Assembly (NCBI GenBank): GCA_049680185.1
Contig: JBAUHI010000086.1
Location: 13,231-77,230, forward strand
Direction of reading: 5' to 3'
From: Gemmatimonadales bacterium
Lineage (GTDB): Bacteria; Gemmatimonadota; Gemmatimonadetes; Gemmatimonadales; GWC2-71-9
DNA length: 64,000 nt
Position numbers and translations under genes: made by a program. Shown here piece after piece: positions 9,242-19,642 of the stretch (positions within the stretch are counted from its first letter, which is position 1; each line of letters opens with the position of its first letter). Under the pieces are notes generated by a model. That model was not told where the DNA came from. It saw only the letters and a program-made list of their open reading frames with translations, and did not search any database.

Positions 9242-10606
9242 ATGCGGCAGTCCCCAGGCGCGACCCGCCGGTCCCTCGGCGCATTACTGATACTGTCCCT
9301 CGCGGTCGGGTGCGGGCCGTGGCAGCGCGTCGGCGATGCCCCACCCAAGCCGACCCCCGCCCAGACCTTGACCGACATCCTCGACCAGACCGCGGTGTTC
9401 CGGCGGATGGGGCGCCTCACCTCCGCCACCGGCATCCCGTTCGTCGGTGTGGTGGATGTACTTCCCGGGCCAGCGGACACCGGCGTCGGGGTCCTCGCCT
9501 TGTCGCTCGAGAACCGGTATTTCAGCTTCGAACGCCAAGGCACCGGGTTCGAGGCGCGGTACCGCGTCGATATCGTCCTGCAGCGCACGGAGCTGCCGCC
9601 GATCATCATCGGGCGGGAGCAGTCGCTGCGCGTGGGCACCTTCCCGGAAACACTGCGCAACGAGGAGAGCGTGGTGTTCCAGGAGCCCCTGCGCCTCGCC
9701 GCAGGGAAGTACCACCTCATCGTGACGCTCACCGACCGCCGCACCAACAACCAGGGGCGCACGGAGGCGGATGTGACCATCCCGGCCGTCCGTCCCGGGT
9801 CGGTCACGGCGCCGATCTTCGTGTACGAGGTCAGCTCGCGGACCGAGCCGTCCCAACCCATCAACGCGATCATCAACCCTCGGGGCACCGTCGCGTACGG
9901 CTCCGACACGCTCGGCGTCTACGTCGAGGGCTACCGGATGCCGGCCGGTGCCCGCGTGCCGATGTCGGTCATCGACTCCCGCGACAGCGTGATCATGCGC
10001 GACACCATCGTCTTCACCGGTGCCACGCCGATCGAGGGCCGCCTGGCCAAGATCGTCCCCGACAGTGCACCCCTCGGCGAGCTGCATGTGGTGGTGGGCG
10101 ATTCCGCCAGCCACGATGGGTCGGTCGCGCTGGTGTCGTTCTCCAACGCATGGGCGCTCACCAACTATGACCAGATGGCGGAACTGCTCCGTTACTTCGG
10201 GCACGACGAGCAACTCGCCGCGATCAAGAAGGCGGCCGCCGGCGACCGACCGGCGATGTGGCGTAAGTTCTGGAAGGACACCGACCCGAACCCCGCCACC
10301 CCCGAGAACGAGGCCATCGACGCGTACTTCACCCGGATCGCCGCTGCCAACAAGCGGTTCACCGATGAAGGCATTCCCGGCTGGCTCACCGATCGCGGCG
10401 AGGTCTTCATCACCCTCGGCGACCCCGACCAGATCCTCGACCAGAGCGGGTATAACCAGGGTCGGATCATCCGGTGGGACTACACCCTGCAGCGCCTGAC
10501 GCTCTACTTCGTCGATGAGACCGGGTTCGGCCGCTTCCGCCTGACGATCGCGTCACGCGGCGACTTCCAGCGGGTGGCCGATCGCATCCGGCGACTGGGG
10601 CACTGA
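9242..10606 (+). CDS. GWxTD domain-containing lipoprotein
   Basis: Lipobox LSLAVGC near the N-terminus. The C-terminal motif IPGWLTDRGEVFITLGDPD matches the GWxTD signature. AGGAG lies 6 nt upstream of the ATG. Confidence 0.8.
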   Translation: MRQSPGATRRSLGALLILSLAVGCGPWQRVGDAPPKPTPAQTLTDILDQTAVFRRMGRLTSATGIPFVGVVDVLPGPADTGVGVLALSLENRYFSFERQGTGFEARYRVDIVLQRTELPPIIIGREQSLRVGTFPETLRNEESVVFQEPLRLAAGKYHLIVTLTDRRTNNQGRTEADVTIPAVRPGSVTAPIFVYEVSSRTEPSQPINAIINPRGTVAYGSDTLGVYVEGYRMPAGARVPMSVIDSRDSVIMRDTIVFTGATPIEGRLAKIVPDSAPLGELHVVVGDSASHDGSVALVSFSNAWALTNYDQMAELLRYFGHDEQLAAIKKAAAGDRPAMWRKFWKDTDPNPATPENEAIDAYFTRIAAANKRFTDEGIPGWLTDRGEVFITLGDPDQILDQSGYNQGRIIRWDYTLQRLTLYFVDETGFGRFRLTIASRGDFQRVADRIRRLGH

Positions 10607-10619
10607 TCGCGGCGCGAAT

Positions 10620-10661
10620 GGGTGGGCCCGCCTCCGGGCGGGTCCGTTGGCGCGCCCACCC
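10620..10661 (+). terminator. nested GC hairpin downstream of the GWxTD gene
   Basis: Outer stem GGGTGGGC ... GCCCACCC encloses inner stem CCCGCC-TCCG-GGCGGG. There is no U-tract. Confidence 0.35.
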
Positions 10662-10696
10662 CTTACCGCCCTCCGCTCACCTCTTACCTTCTTGCG

Positions 10697-13498
10697 ATGC
10701 CTGACACCCCCTCCCGGCTCTTCCTCATCGATGGTTATGCGCTGATCTATCGCGCCCACCACGCATTACGGGATCGCCCCCTCCGGAACAAGCGCGGCGA
10801 GAACACCTCGATCCCGCGCGCGGTGCTCACCTTCCTCACCAAGCTCATCGCGGAGTACCACCCCGAGGCCCTCGTATGGGTCAACGATGCCGGCGATTCG
10901 GGCCGGACGGCGGAATACCCCGAGTACAAGGCCACTCGCGTCCCGATGGAGGACGTCGAGCAGCAGGAGTTCGATCGCGGCGTCGAGCGAGTGCAGGAGC
11001 TCCTCGCCGCACTCCGCATCCCGTTGATCGCGATCGATGGCTGGGAGGCCGACGACGTGATCGGCTCCCTGGCCGAGCAGGCCCGGCACGCGCGGTGGCA
11101 GGCGGTCATCGTGTCGGGGGACAAGGACTTCTATCAACTGATCGGCGGGGGAGTCGTGGTGCTCAACCCCGGCCGTGGCGGGGCGGCGAGCGTCGATCCG
11201 ACCTGGGTCGATGACTCGAACGCGCAGGAGCGGCTCGGCGTCCCGCCGGTACAGGTCGCGGATTATCTCGCCCTGGTGGGGGATACCGCCGACAACATCC
11301 CGGGCGTTCGCGGCATCGGCGAAAAGGGTGCGGCGGAACTCCTGCGCCAATACGGCGACCTCGAGACGCTGCTCGCGCACGCCGGGGAGATCAAGCAGAA
11401 GCGCTACCGCGAAGGACTTGAGCAACACGCCGACGAGGCGAGGCTCTCCCGCCGACTCGTCACCATCCGCCTCGATGCGCCGATCCGGCTCGATATCGAG
11501 GCTTTCGCGACCCGTCCACCGGATCCCGATGCGCTGGCCCGGCTCTTCGCGGAACTTGAGTTCACATCGCTCTTGCGGCAACTCGGCGCCGAAGTGACCG
11601 CCGCACCGGTGACACCGCCGGGTGCGCTCGCCGCCGCTGCGACACCGGGCGTGCCAGGCACCGGACCTGCCGTCACCGTGGTGGATGACGTGGCCGGACT
11701 CCCGGCGCTCATCGACCGGCTGCGGCGTGCCCCGTTGGTGGCGCTCGACACCGAGACCAGTTCGCTCGATCCGCACAGCGCCGAGCTGATCGGGCTCTCG
11801 CTGGCTGCGTCTCCGACCGAGGTGTGGTACCTGCCCTTCGGTCACCGGCCCGCTGGCGGCGAACTCGCAGCACCGACGCCGGTCCAGAACCTGCCGCCGA
11901 TCACCGACCCGGCGTGCCGGGCCGTGGCCGAGCTCCTGCGCGATGCGGCGGTCCCCAAGGCCGGGCACAACATCAAGTACGACTGGCAGGTCCTCCGGCG
12001 AGCGGGCGTCGAGCTGGGTGGTGTGACGTACGATTCGATGCTGGCGAGCTTCGTGCTCGATCCGGGGCGCCGCTCGCACGCGATCGACGTGCTGAGCCTC
12101 GAACACCTGAACACCCCGATGCGGAGCTACACCGACATCGCCGGCAAGGGGAAGGCGCAGATCCCCTTCGCCGAGGTGGCGGTGGCCGATGCGGCGGCGT
12201 ACTGCGGCCACGACAGCGCCGCGGTGCTGGCACTCCACGCCCTCTTCGCCCCTCGGCTGCTCGAAACAGGGCTGGCGCACCTGCTGACCGACCTGGAGAT
12301 GCCGTTGGTGCCGGTGTTGGTGGACATGGAGTGGATCGGGATCGCCATCGACCGGAAGCTCTTCGCGAAGATCTCCGGCGAGCTGGCGCACGACCTGCAG
12401 GATCTTGAGGCCCGCATCGCGAAGGCGGCGGGCGCGAGCGTCAACCTCAATTCACCCAAACAGCTGGGTGTGCTGCTCTTCGAGAAGCTCCAGTTACCGG
12501 TCTTGAAGAAGACCAAGACCGGCGCGTCGACCGACGCGGAGGTGCTGGACGAACTCGCCGGGATGGGGCACGAGGTGCCGAAGCTCATCCTCGACTATCG
12601 CGAGGTGCAGAAGCTCAAGAGCACCTACGTCGACGTGCTTCCCGCCGCTGTCCATCCTGACACCGGCCGGATCCACACCAGCTTCCACCAGACCGGTGCT
12701 GCCACCGGCCGGCTCTCCTCTTCCGATCCCAACCTGCAGAATATCCCGGTCCGGACCCCGCGCGGCGAAGAGATCCGCCGCGCCTTCGTGCCGGCCGCAG
12801 GGTGCAAGTTCGTCGTGGCCGATTATAGCCAGATCGAGCTTCGACTCCTGGCACATTTCTCGGAGGATCCCGCGTTCATCGAGGCGTTCCACGCCGGCGG
12901 CGACATCCACCGCGGCACGGCGGCGATCATCTTCGGCGTGCCGGAAGCGGACGTGACACCCGAGATGCGCTCGCGCGCCAAGACCATCAACTTCGGCACC
13001 ATCTACGGTCAAGGGCCCTTCGCGCTCTCCCGCCAGCTCGGCATTTCGCAGGAGGAGGCCAAGGCGTTCATCACCCAGTACTTCGAACGCTTTGCCGGGG
13101 TCCGCGCCTGGCTCGACCAGATGGTGGAGCTCGCCCGCGCGCAGGGCTACGTCGAGACGCTCTTCGGGCGTCGACGGTACATCCCTGAGATCAAGGACCG
13201 CAATTTCAGTGTGCGCTCCTTCGGCGAGCGGGTCGCGACCAACTCCCCCCTGCAGGGCTCCGCGGCAGACCTCCTCAAACTCGGCATGATCCGCCTGCAC
13301 CGTGCGCTCCTCGAGCAGCGGCTCGACGCGCACATCCTGCTGCAGGTGCATGACGAACTGGTGGTCGAAGCCCCGGCGTCGGTGGTGCCGGCAGTGGAGC
13401 GGCTGGTGCGAGAGAAGATGGAAGGCGCCGCGGAGCTGCGGGTGCCGCTGGTGGTGTCGGTCGGCGTCGGCGACAACTGGCTCGACGCCAAGCACTGA
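10697..13498 (+). CDS. polA: DNA polymerase I
   Basis: 5'-nuclease N-terminus LFLIDGYALIYRAHHAL, 3'-5' exonuclease ALDTETSSLDP, and polymerase motifs DYSQIELRLLAH, RRxAKTINFGxIYG and QVHDELV. The start is set at ATG 10697. Confidence 0.95.
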   Translation: MPDTPSRLFLIDGYALIYRAHHALRDRPLRNKRGENTSIPRAVLTFLTKLIAEYHPEALVWVNDAGDSGRTAEYPEYKATRVPMEDVEQQEFDRGVERVQELLAALRIPLIAIDGWEADDVIGSLAEQARHARWQAVIVSGDKDFYQLIGGGVVVLNPGRGGAASVDPTWVDDSNAQERLGVPPVQVADYLALVGDTADNIPGVRGIGEKGAAELLRQYGDLETLLAHAGEIKQKRYREGLEQHADEARLSRRLVTIRLDAPIRLDIEAFATRPPDPDALARLFAELEFTSLLRQLGAEVTAAPVTPPGALAAAATPGVPGTGPAVTVVDDVAGLPALIDRLRRAPLVALDTETSSLDPHSAELIGLSLAASPTEVWYLPFGHRPAGGELAAPTPVQNLPPITDPACRAVAELLRDAAVPKAGHNIKYDWQVLRRAGVELGGVTYDSMLASFVLDPGRRSHAIDVLSLEHLNTPMRSYTDIAGKGKAQIPFAEVAVADAAAYCGHDSAAVLALHALFAPRLLETGLAHLLTDLEMPLVPVLVDMEWIGIAIDRKLFAKISGELAHDLQDLEARIAKAAGASVNLNSPKQLGVLLFEKLQLPVLKKTKTGASTDAEVLDELAGMGHEVPKLILDYREVQKLKSTYVDVLPAAVHPDTGRIHTSFHQTGAATGRLSSSDPNLQNIPVRTPRGEEIRRAFVPAAGCKFVVADYSQIELRLLAHFSEDPAFIEAFHAGGDIHRGTAAIIFGVPEADVTPEMRSRAKTINFGTIYGQGPFALSRQLGISQEEAKAFITQYFERFAGVRAWLDQMVELARAQGYVETLFGRRRYIPEIKDRNFSVRSFGERVATNSPLQGSAADLLKLGMIRLHRALLEQRLDAHILLQVHDELVVEAPASVVPAVERLVREKMEGAAELRVPLVVSVGVGDNWLDAKH

Positions 13499-13587
13499 TG
13501 CTGGTGCGACCATTCCGAAACCCCGGACGTCTGTAGGTGGGGCCACCTCGTCCCGATCTGTTCGTCTCGTCCATTCCAGGAGCCTTG

Positions 13588-14928
13588 ATGCGTCGTCTGT
13601 CCGCGCTGGTCATCGCGGCCGTGCTGTGGTGTGGCTTCGCCGCTGCCGCCACCGCCCAACGCGTGACCTCCGACTCGACGCAGGAGCGCCTGCGGGTGTT
13701 CATCGATTGCCAACAGATGTTCTCCTGCGACCTTGACTATTTCCGCACTGAGCTCACCTGGGTGGATCATGTGCGGACCCCCGAGGACGCCCAGGTGCAC
13801 GTCCTGGTGAGCGCCCAGACCAGCGGTGGCGGCGGTACCGCATTCACGCTCGTCTTCCTGGGGCGGGAGGAATTCACCGGCCGCCAGGACACCCTCTCCT
13901 ACTTTGTGCCGCAGGACATCACCGACGATTCCGTCCGCGTGGGGCTGCTGCAACGGATCGCGCTCGGGTTGGTGCGCTTCGCGGCCACGACGCCGACCGC
14001 GGATCGGTTGCGCGTGCGTTACGTGCCACTCGCCGCCGGGACCGCCGCCCCGACGCGCACCCGCGATCCGTGGGATCACTGGGTCTTTCGCCTGGGCGGC
14101 ACCACCAACCTCAACGGGGAAGAGAGCGACAACTCCGCGTATCTCGGCGGGTCGGCCTCCGCCAGTCGGATCACGGATCGGTCGAAGTTCCGTCTCTCGT
14201 TCAACGAGAGTTACAACCACAGCGCATTCGATTTCGACGTCGTCGACAGCACGTACGGCGACACGACCATCTTCAGCCATACCGAACACACCGCGAGCGA
14301 GTCGAAGTTCTACAACGCCGACCTGCTGTGGGTGCGGAGCGTCGGGGGACACTGGTCGGCAGGGGGTGAGGCCACCGCAACGCGCTCGACCTCGGTGAAC
14401 CAGAAGCTGGCCCTGCGCCTGGCGCCGGGTGTTGAATACGACGTCTTCCCCTACTCCGAGTCCGCGCACCGGCTGCTCACCTTCCGCTACCAGGTCGGCG
14501 TGGATCGGTACGTATACGATGACACGACCATCTTCGACCGGACGAGCGAGACCCTGCTCGACCAGACATTGAATGTGTCGTTCACGGCGGTGCAAGCGTG
14601 GGGATCGGCAGGGCTTTCCGTCCAGGCAGCGACATACCTCAATGACCTGGCGTACAATCACCTGTCGCTGTTCGGCAACGCCAACGTGCGCTTGTTGCGG
14701 GGGTTGTCGCTCAACTTCTTCGGCAGTGTGTCGTCCATCCACGACCAGCGTTACCTCTCGCGCGCCGACCTGAGCCCGGTGGACGTGTATCTCCAGCGCC
14801 GCCAGCTCGCCACCAACTACCAGTATTCGCTCTATACCGGGTTGTCCTACAGCTTCGGCTCCATCTTCAACAACGTGGTCAATCCGCGATTCGAGGGTGG
14901 TGGAGGGTCGTTCTTCTTCTCCAACTGA
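13588..14928 (+). CDS. hypothetical outer-membrane beta-barrel protein
   Basis: Signal peptide MRRLSALVIAAVLWCGFAAAATAQ after a GGAG RBS. Alternating hydrophobic beta-strand pattern rich in Y/F/N/S/T, with an aromatic-rich C-terminus. No named family recognised. Confidence 0.6.
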   Translation: MRRLSALVIAAVLWCGFAAAATAQRVTSDSTQERLRVFIDCQQMFSCDLDYFRTELTWVDHVRTPEDAQVHVLVSAQTSGGGGTAFTLVFLGREEFTGRQDTLSYFVPQDITDDSVRVGLLQRIALGLVRFAATTPTADRLRVRYVPLAAGTAAPTRTRDPWDHWVFRLGGTTNLNGEESDNSAYLGGSASASRITDRSKFRLSFNESYNHSAFDFDVVDSTYGDTTIFSHTEHTASESKFYNADLLWVRSVGGHWSAGGEATATRSTSVNQKLALRLAPGVEYDVFPYSESAHRLLTFRYQVGVDRYVYDDTTIFDRTSETLLDQTLNVSFTAVQAWGSAGLSVQAATYLNDLAYNHLSLFGNANVRLLRGLSLNFFGSVSSIHDQRYLSRADLSPVDVYLQRRQLATNYQYSLYTGLSYSFGSIFNNVVNPRFEGGGGSFFFSN

Positions 14929-14944
14929 CCTGCGTGCGGGTCGG

Positions 14945-17206
14945 TCAACTCGTGGGCGGGGTGCGACGCCGGGGCACGCCGGGCCACCAGTTCCAGCGAC
15001 CCGCGAGGTGCATGAATGCCGGCACCAGCACCATCCGGATCAGCGTGGCGTCGAGCAGCACCGCCACCGCCAGCCCGAAGCCGAGGAATTGCACCACCAG
15101 CACCCGCGCAAACGCGAACACCCCGAACACCAGGATCATGATCAGCGCCGCGGATGTGATGGTCGAGGCGGTGGCGGACAGGCCTTCCATCGTGGCCTGG
15201 GAATTACGTCCGTGGGTGTCGAACGCCTCCTTGATGCGCGCCAGCAGGAACACCTCGTAGTCCATCGACAATCCGAATACCACGGCAAAGACCAGCACCG
15301 GGACCACGACGAAGATCGCGTCGGCGGGGCCGTCGAGGCCGAAGATCCGCGCCCCGTACCCGTACTGGAACACCAGCACGATGACGCCGAACGTGGCGCT
15401 GACCGACAAGGTGTTCATGATCACGGCCTTGATGGGCACCAGCAGCGATTTGAATGCGATGGCCAGCATCACGCCGGTCGAACCCAGGATCATCAGGACC
15501 ATCAGCGGGAATCGTGCGAGCAGGTCGTCCTGGAAATCGACGCTCGCGGCCTGGTAGCCGCCGACTTTGATGGTGGCGCCGCGCAGGCCCTTCGGCGGAC
15601 GCGCCGCGAGCGCGCGCACGTGCCGGACCAGGTCCATCGTGGACGTGAGCGAGGTGGTGTCCGTCATGAGCACGTCAAGCAGCGTGACCCGCGTGTCCGT
15701 GCTCAGGTAGGCATCGAGATACGATCCGTACTGGCGCCGGGCCGAGCCGAGGTCGCTGTAGAGCATCGAATAGCTGAGGAGCGAGCCGTCGCGCTGGAGC
15801 GAAACGATGCTCCGCACATCCGCCACCCTGCCGTCGGCCTGGAGTGAGTCGCTCAACTGCATCAGGCCCCGCAGGCTGGTGGCGTCGACGGCATTCCGGC
15901 CGTCGGGGAATTGCACCACCACCCGCACCGGGAGGATGACCCCCGCTGCGCCGATCTCCTGCAACGTCTGCACTCCTCGACCGGCCTCGGTCGCGAGCGG
16001 CCACCAATTCCGGGCCGGCAACCCGATGCGGATGAGCACGACCGGCGCCGTCAAGAGCGCCACGCCGAGCCCGCCCAGGGCCAGGGCGCGGCGCGGATGG
16101 CGGGCCAGGCTGCGGGCCCACTTTTCCCAGATGGTCGGCGCGTGATACCAGGCCAGCCGCCGCGCCAGCCAGCGCGGCCGATCGATCTGGCGGCCGAACA
16201 CCGCCAGCAACGCGGGCAGCAGCGTCGTGGCCAGGAGCACTGCCGTCACCACCACCACCAACCCGCCGATCCCGACACTCTGCGTTTCGATGAGCGGCGT
16301 GAAGAGCAGTGCCGCGAAGCCGACCACCACCGTCAAGCCGGAGGTGACCACGGCACCGCCCGCCGAGCGGAGAGTGGCGACCGCGGCCTGGGTCCGGTCG
16401 AGGCCCCGGGTCAGCTCTTCCCGGAACCGGGTGACCACCAGCAGTGAATAGTCGATCCCGACGCCGAGGCCGATCATCGTCGTCATGTTGAGGACGAACA
16501 CCGACATCGGCATGTGATGGGCGAGCACACCCACGATGGCCAACGTCACGGCGATGGCCATGAAGCCCACGATGAGCGGCAGCACCGCCGCCACCAACGC
16601 GCCGAAGGCGAGCACCAGGATGACGAGCGTGAGCGGGAGCAATCGCTGCTCGCTGCGCTCGCTATCCTGGGCGCTCACGTTCCGGATGTCCACATCGAGC
16701 GGTGCGCGACCCGTCACCTGGACCGTGTACTGCTCGTGCCCCGGCTGTGCACGGAACGCCGCATCCAATGCACCGCGGTACGGTTGCACCAGCGCACCCG
16801 CGCTGTCGGAGGTCGGGACGTCGAGCGCCACGACGAAGAAGGCGGTCCGCCCGTCGTGGCTGGCGAACATCGAGTCTTTGGTGGAGCCGAGCCCGATGAC
16901 GTCGCGCACGTACGGGAGGCGCCGGGAGGCTGCCGCCAATGTGTCGAGGAGCGCTCGGCCCGCACCATTGGTGAGGCGGGCCGGTCCCTGCACGGTCACG
17001 GCAAAGTATTCGCTGAGGGGTTGGGGGAACCGCGTGCGGATGAGCGAATCGGCCTGGGAGGCTTCAGTGGGGTGGCGGCTCCCGCCCCGCGTGTTGAGGA
17101 GCGCAGGTGTCCGTGGCGCGGCCCGGAACGCGAAGAACCCCGCCACGACCCAAGCGAGGATCACGCCCCACCGCCATCGGACCAGCGTTTCCGCCACAGA
17201 CCCCAT
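14945..17206 (-). CDS. MMPL/RND-superfamily membrane transporter
   Basis: Two 6-TM bundles with large loops and typical MMPL segments (GIDYSLLVVTRFREE, GLSMDYEVFLLARIKE). I trimmed the start to ATG 17206, which is preceded by AGGAGG. Confidence 0.85.
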   Translation of the reverse strand: MGSVAETLVRWRWGVILAWVVAGFFAFRAAPRTPALLNTRGGSRHPTEASQADSLIRTRFPQPLSEYFAVTVQGPARLTNGAGRALLDTLAAASRRLPYVRDVIGLGSTKDSMFASHDGRTAFFVVALDVPTSDSAGALVQPYRGALDAAFRAQPGHEQYTVQVTGRAPLDVDIRNVSAQDSERSEQRLLPLTLVILVLAFGALVAAVLPLIVGFMAIAVTLAIVGVLAHHMPMSVFVLNMTTMIGLGVGIDYSLLVVTRFREELTRGLDRTQAAVATLRSAGGAVVTSGLTVVVGFAALLFTPLIETQSVGIGGLVVVVTAVLLATTLLPALLAVFGRQIDRPRWLARRLAWYHAPTIWEKWARSLARHPRRALALGGLGVALLTAPVVLIRIGLPARNWWPLATEAGRGVQTLQEIGAAGVILPVRVVVQFPDGRNAVDATSLRGLMQLSDSLQADGRVADVRSIVSLQRDGSLLSYSMLYSDLGSARRQYGSYLDAYLSTDTRVTLLDVLMTDTTSLTSTMDLVRHVRALAARPPKGLRGATIKVGGYQAASVDFQDDLLARFPLMVLMILGSTGVMLAIAFKSLLVPIKAVIMNTLSVSATFGVIVLVFQYGYGARIFGLDGPADAIFVVVPVLVFAVVFGLSMDYEVFLLARIKEAFDTHGRNSQATMEGLSATASTITSAALIMILVFGVFAFARVLVVQFLGFGLAVAVLLDATLIRMVLVPAFMHLAGRWNWWPGVPRRRTPPTS

Positions 17207-17306
17207 CGACCTGTTGCCTCCTGATATGCGCCGGTGATCGGCCGCCGGCCCGGAGGCACTGCGACGGCCCAATGTTAGGCGCCGCCCGCCCCGGGCGCTA
17301 GCGGAT

Positions 17307-18104
17307 GTGCGGGTCCCCGCCGTATCCTCCGGGGTGATCCGGGTCCGCGCGCTGGCGATCGTCACCCTCCTCCTCTGTGTCGCCGTGATCGGCGACCAGC
17401 TGCACCGCGCACGGATGGCACGCCCCGCCCACGCGCCAGCAGACGTTCCATCGACACCTGCCGACATCCGCTCGTCCTTGCCCGCACAGAGCGCTCCGAT
17501 CCCGGTCCCGCAAGCTGACACCCTCACCACTTTCGATCGCTCCAACGCGCGGATCGCGATCAGGGACGCCGGCACCACGGTCTACTTCGATTCGCTCCTG
17601 GCCGAGACGGATTCCACCCTCCGTCGGTGGCCCGATTCCACCCTCCGCGCGCTGGTGGTCGTGATCAACAACGGCGGCCCCACCGAGTGGCGTCCCGATA
17701 TGGTGGATCAGGTCCGCGAGGCACTGCGTGGGTGGGAATCGGTGGTCCCGGGACTCCACTTTGTGGAGCCGCTCGATGCCACCGACGCCTCGATCACCGT
17801 GCACTGGGTCGAACACCTCCGCGGCAACCGCACCGGTCAGGCCGATCTCATCTGGGACCGCGCCGGCCGCATCCACCACGTCGATGTGTCGCTCGCCCTG
17901 CTGGGACCGAACGGTCAGCCGCTCAGTGACGCCGCCCTCCGCGCCATCGCCGCCCACGAGATGGGCCACGCACTCGGCCTGGCCCACTCGGGCGACTCCA
18001 CCGACGTCCTCTTTTCCGCGACCCGCACCAGCTCCCTCTCCCCGCGCGACGTGGCCACCGTAGAGCTGCTCTATCAACTCCGACCGGGGAAGATCAAGCA
18101 GTGA
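17307..18104 (+). CDS. matrixin-family zinc metalloprotease
   Basis: Zinc motif AHEMGHALGLAHSGD (HExxHxxGxxH). N-terminal hydrophobic anchor LAIVTLLLCVAVIG. Confidence 0.8.
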   Translation: MRVPAVSSGVIRVRALAIVTLLLCVAVIGDQLHRARMARPAHAPADVPSTPADIRSSLPAQSAPIPVPQADTLTTFDRSNARIAIRDAGTTVYFDSLLAETDSTLRRWPDSTLRALVVVINNGGPTEWRPDMVDQVREALRGWESVVPGLHFVEPLDATDASITVHWVEHLRGNRTGQADLIWDRAGRIHHVDVSLALLGPNGQPLSDAALRAIAAHEMGHALGLAHSGDSTDVLFSATRTSSLSPRDVATVELLYQLRPGKIKQ

Positions 18105-19264
18105 GACGGATGCGGCGATCGCTCTTCGGGCTCGGACTCCTGCTGCTCACCGGCCCACCGGCAGCGGCACAGTCGTTCGCCGTCGCCGATGCCGCGGTGG
18201 CCGCCGGCATCCGGGCAGGCGTGTATCCTGGAGCGGTGCTGCTGGTGGGGACCCATGATCACATCGTCCATGCCCGCGGCTTCGGCCATCTCACCTGGAG
18301 TCCGCGCTCAGGCGTAGTGTCGCCCGATTCCACCGTGTGGGACCTGGCCTCGCTCACCAAGGTCGTGGCCACCATGCCGGCGGTGCTGCTCCTCGTCGAC
18401 CGGCGCCAGGTCGATCTCGACGCGCCGGTGGTCCGCTACCTGCCGCGATTCATCGGTCCCGGGAAGGCCCAGGTCACGGTGCGGATGCTGCTCGATCACA
18501 CCAGCGGCGAGCCGGCGTGGCGCCCCTTCTCGACGCTTGCACCGGACCGCGACAGTGCCATCACGATCCTGTATGCGACACCGTTGGCACGTCCGAGCGG
18601 TACCACACCAGTCTACAGCGACCTGAATGCGATGCTGCTGGGGCTGCTGGTCGAACGCGTCACCGGCGGTTCGCTGGCGACCTTCGTCGATCGCGAACTC
18701 TTTGCACCGCTCGGGATGCACGACACCCGGTTCCGCCCGCCTGTCTCGTGGCGTCGGCGCATCGCACCCACGGGCCGATTCCGCGGCCGGCCGGTCGCCG
18801 GCGTCGTCAACGACCAGAACGCCGCCCGTCTCGGTGGCATCGCCGGACACGCTGGCCTCTTCGCCACCGGGCAGGACGTCGCCCGCTACGCCCAGTTCTG
18901 GTTGCGCGCCGGCACTCGTTCCGACGGATCGCGGTTGGTCGCCGCGACCGCGATGCGCACCTTCCTTACGCCCGGGGCCCACAGCGGCCACCGGCTCCTC
19001 GGTTGGGAGCGCCCCGATCCGGCGGAATACACGCCCGACCCGTATGGGTCGCTGCTCTCCGACTCCGCCTACGGGCACACCGGCTGGACCGGGACCCAGG
19101 TGTGGATCGATCCGGCACGGGACCTCTTCGTGGTACTGCTCACCAACCGCAGCTACGACCCGCGGGTGCGAAAGCCGTTCGCCGCCCTGCACGGCGTCCG
19201 GGGGCGCGTGGCCGATGCAGTGGTGCGGGCGTGGACCGTTGATGCGCCAGGGACAGCGCACTAG
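18101..19264 (+). CDS. serine hydrolase, beta-lactamase/PBP4-like family
   Basis: SxxK motif ASLTKVVA, YSD(L)N motif and HTGWTG near the C-terminus. Signal peptide present. The GTG start overlaps the upstream stop as GTGA. Confidence 0.85.
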   Translation: MRRMRRSLFGLGLLLLTGPPAAAQSFAVADAAVAAGIRAGVYPGAVLLVGTHDHIVHARGFGHLTWSPRSGVVSPDSTVWDLASLTKVVATMPAVLLLVDRRQVDLDAPVVRYLPRFIGPGKAQVTVRMLLDHTSGEPAWRPFSTLAPDRDSAITILYATPLARPSGTTPVYSDLNAMLLGLLVERVTGGSLATFVDRELFAPLGMHDTRFRPPVSWRRRIAPTGRFRGRPVAGVVNDQNAARLGGIAGHAGLFATGQDVARYAQFWLRAGTRSDGSRLVAATAMRTFLTPGAHSGHRLLGWERPDPAEYTPDPYGSLLSDSAYGHTGWTGTQVWIDPARDLFVVLLTNRSYDPRVRKPFAALHGVRGRVADAVVRAWTVDAPGTAH

Positions 19265-19303
19265 GTTGCGACAGGTACCGTTTCGAATGCCGGAAGGAGA
19301 GCG

Positions 19304-19603
19304 GTGATGCTGACCGAAGAGACCGTCCGCAAGGCGCTGCGCGGGGTGAAGGACCCGGAACTCAACTTGAACGTCGTGGACATCGGGCTGATCTATGGCG
19401 TGGCCGTGAATGACACCGGCGACGTGCACGTCACGATGACGCTCACGTCGCCGGGGTGCCCATCGGGCCCCGAGATCATGGGCGATGTCGAACGGGCGAT
19501 CAAGGATCTGGAAGGGGTGGGAGCGGTGGAGGTGGAACTGGTCTGGGACCCGTACTGGACGCCGGAGAAGATGGATCCGCGGATCCGCGCGTTCCTGGGG
19601 TGA
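19304..19603 (+). CDS. DUF59/SufT-like Fe-S cluster assembly protein
   Basis: VKDPELNLNVVDIGLIYGV...VTMTLTSPGCP is typical of the MIP18/SufT family. An ATG at 19307 is an equally good start. Confidence 0.85.
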   Translation: MMLTEETVRKALRGVKDPELNLNVVDIGLIYGVAVNDTGDVHVTMTLTSPGCPSGPEIMGDVERAIKDLEGVGAVEVELVWDPYWTPEKMDPRIRAFLG

Positions 19604-19607
19604 CGCT

Positions 19608-19642
19608 GGCGGGTGACGCGCCACTCGCCCCCGTCACCCGCC
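19608..19642. terminator. bidirectional hairpin between convergent genes
   Basis: Perfect 11-bp stem GGCGGGTGACG / CGTCACCCGCC with a 13-nt loop. The right arm includes the rnd stop codon. Confidence 0.5.

Noticed and set aside
10766-12391. 541-aa minus-strand ORF
   Set aside because: It is antisense to polA, whose motifs are unambiguous. The translation is Arg/Gly/His-rich with no motifs.
13147-14742. 531-aa minus-strand ORF
   Set aside because: It is antisense to the polA 3' end and the outer-membrane barrel gene. No motifs, and an implausible composition.
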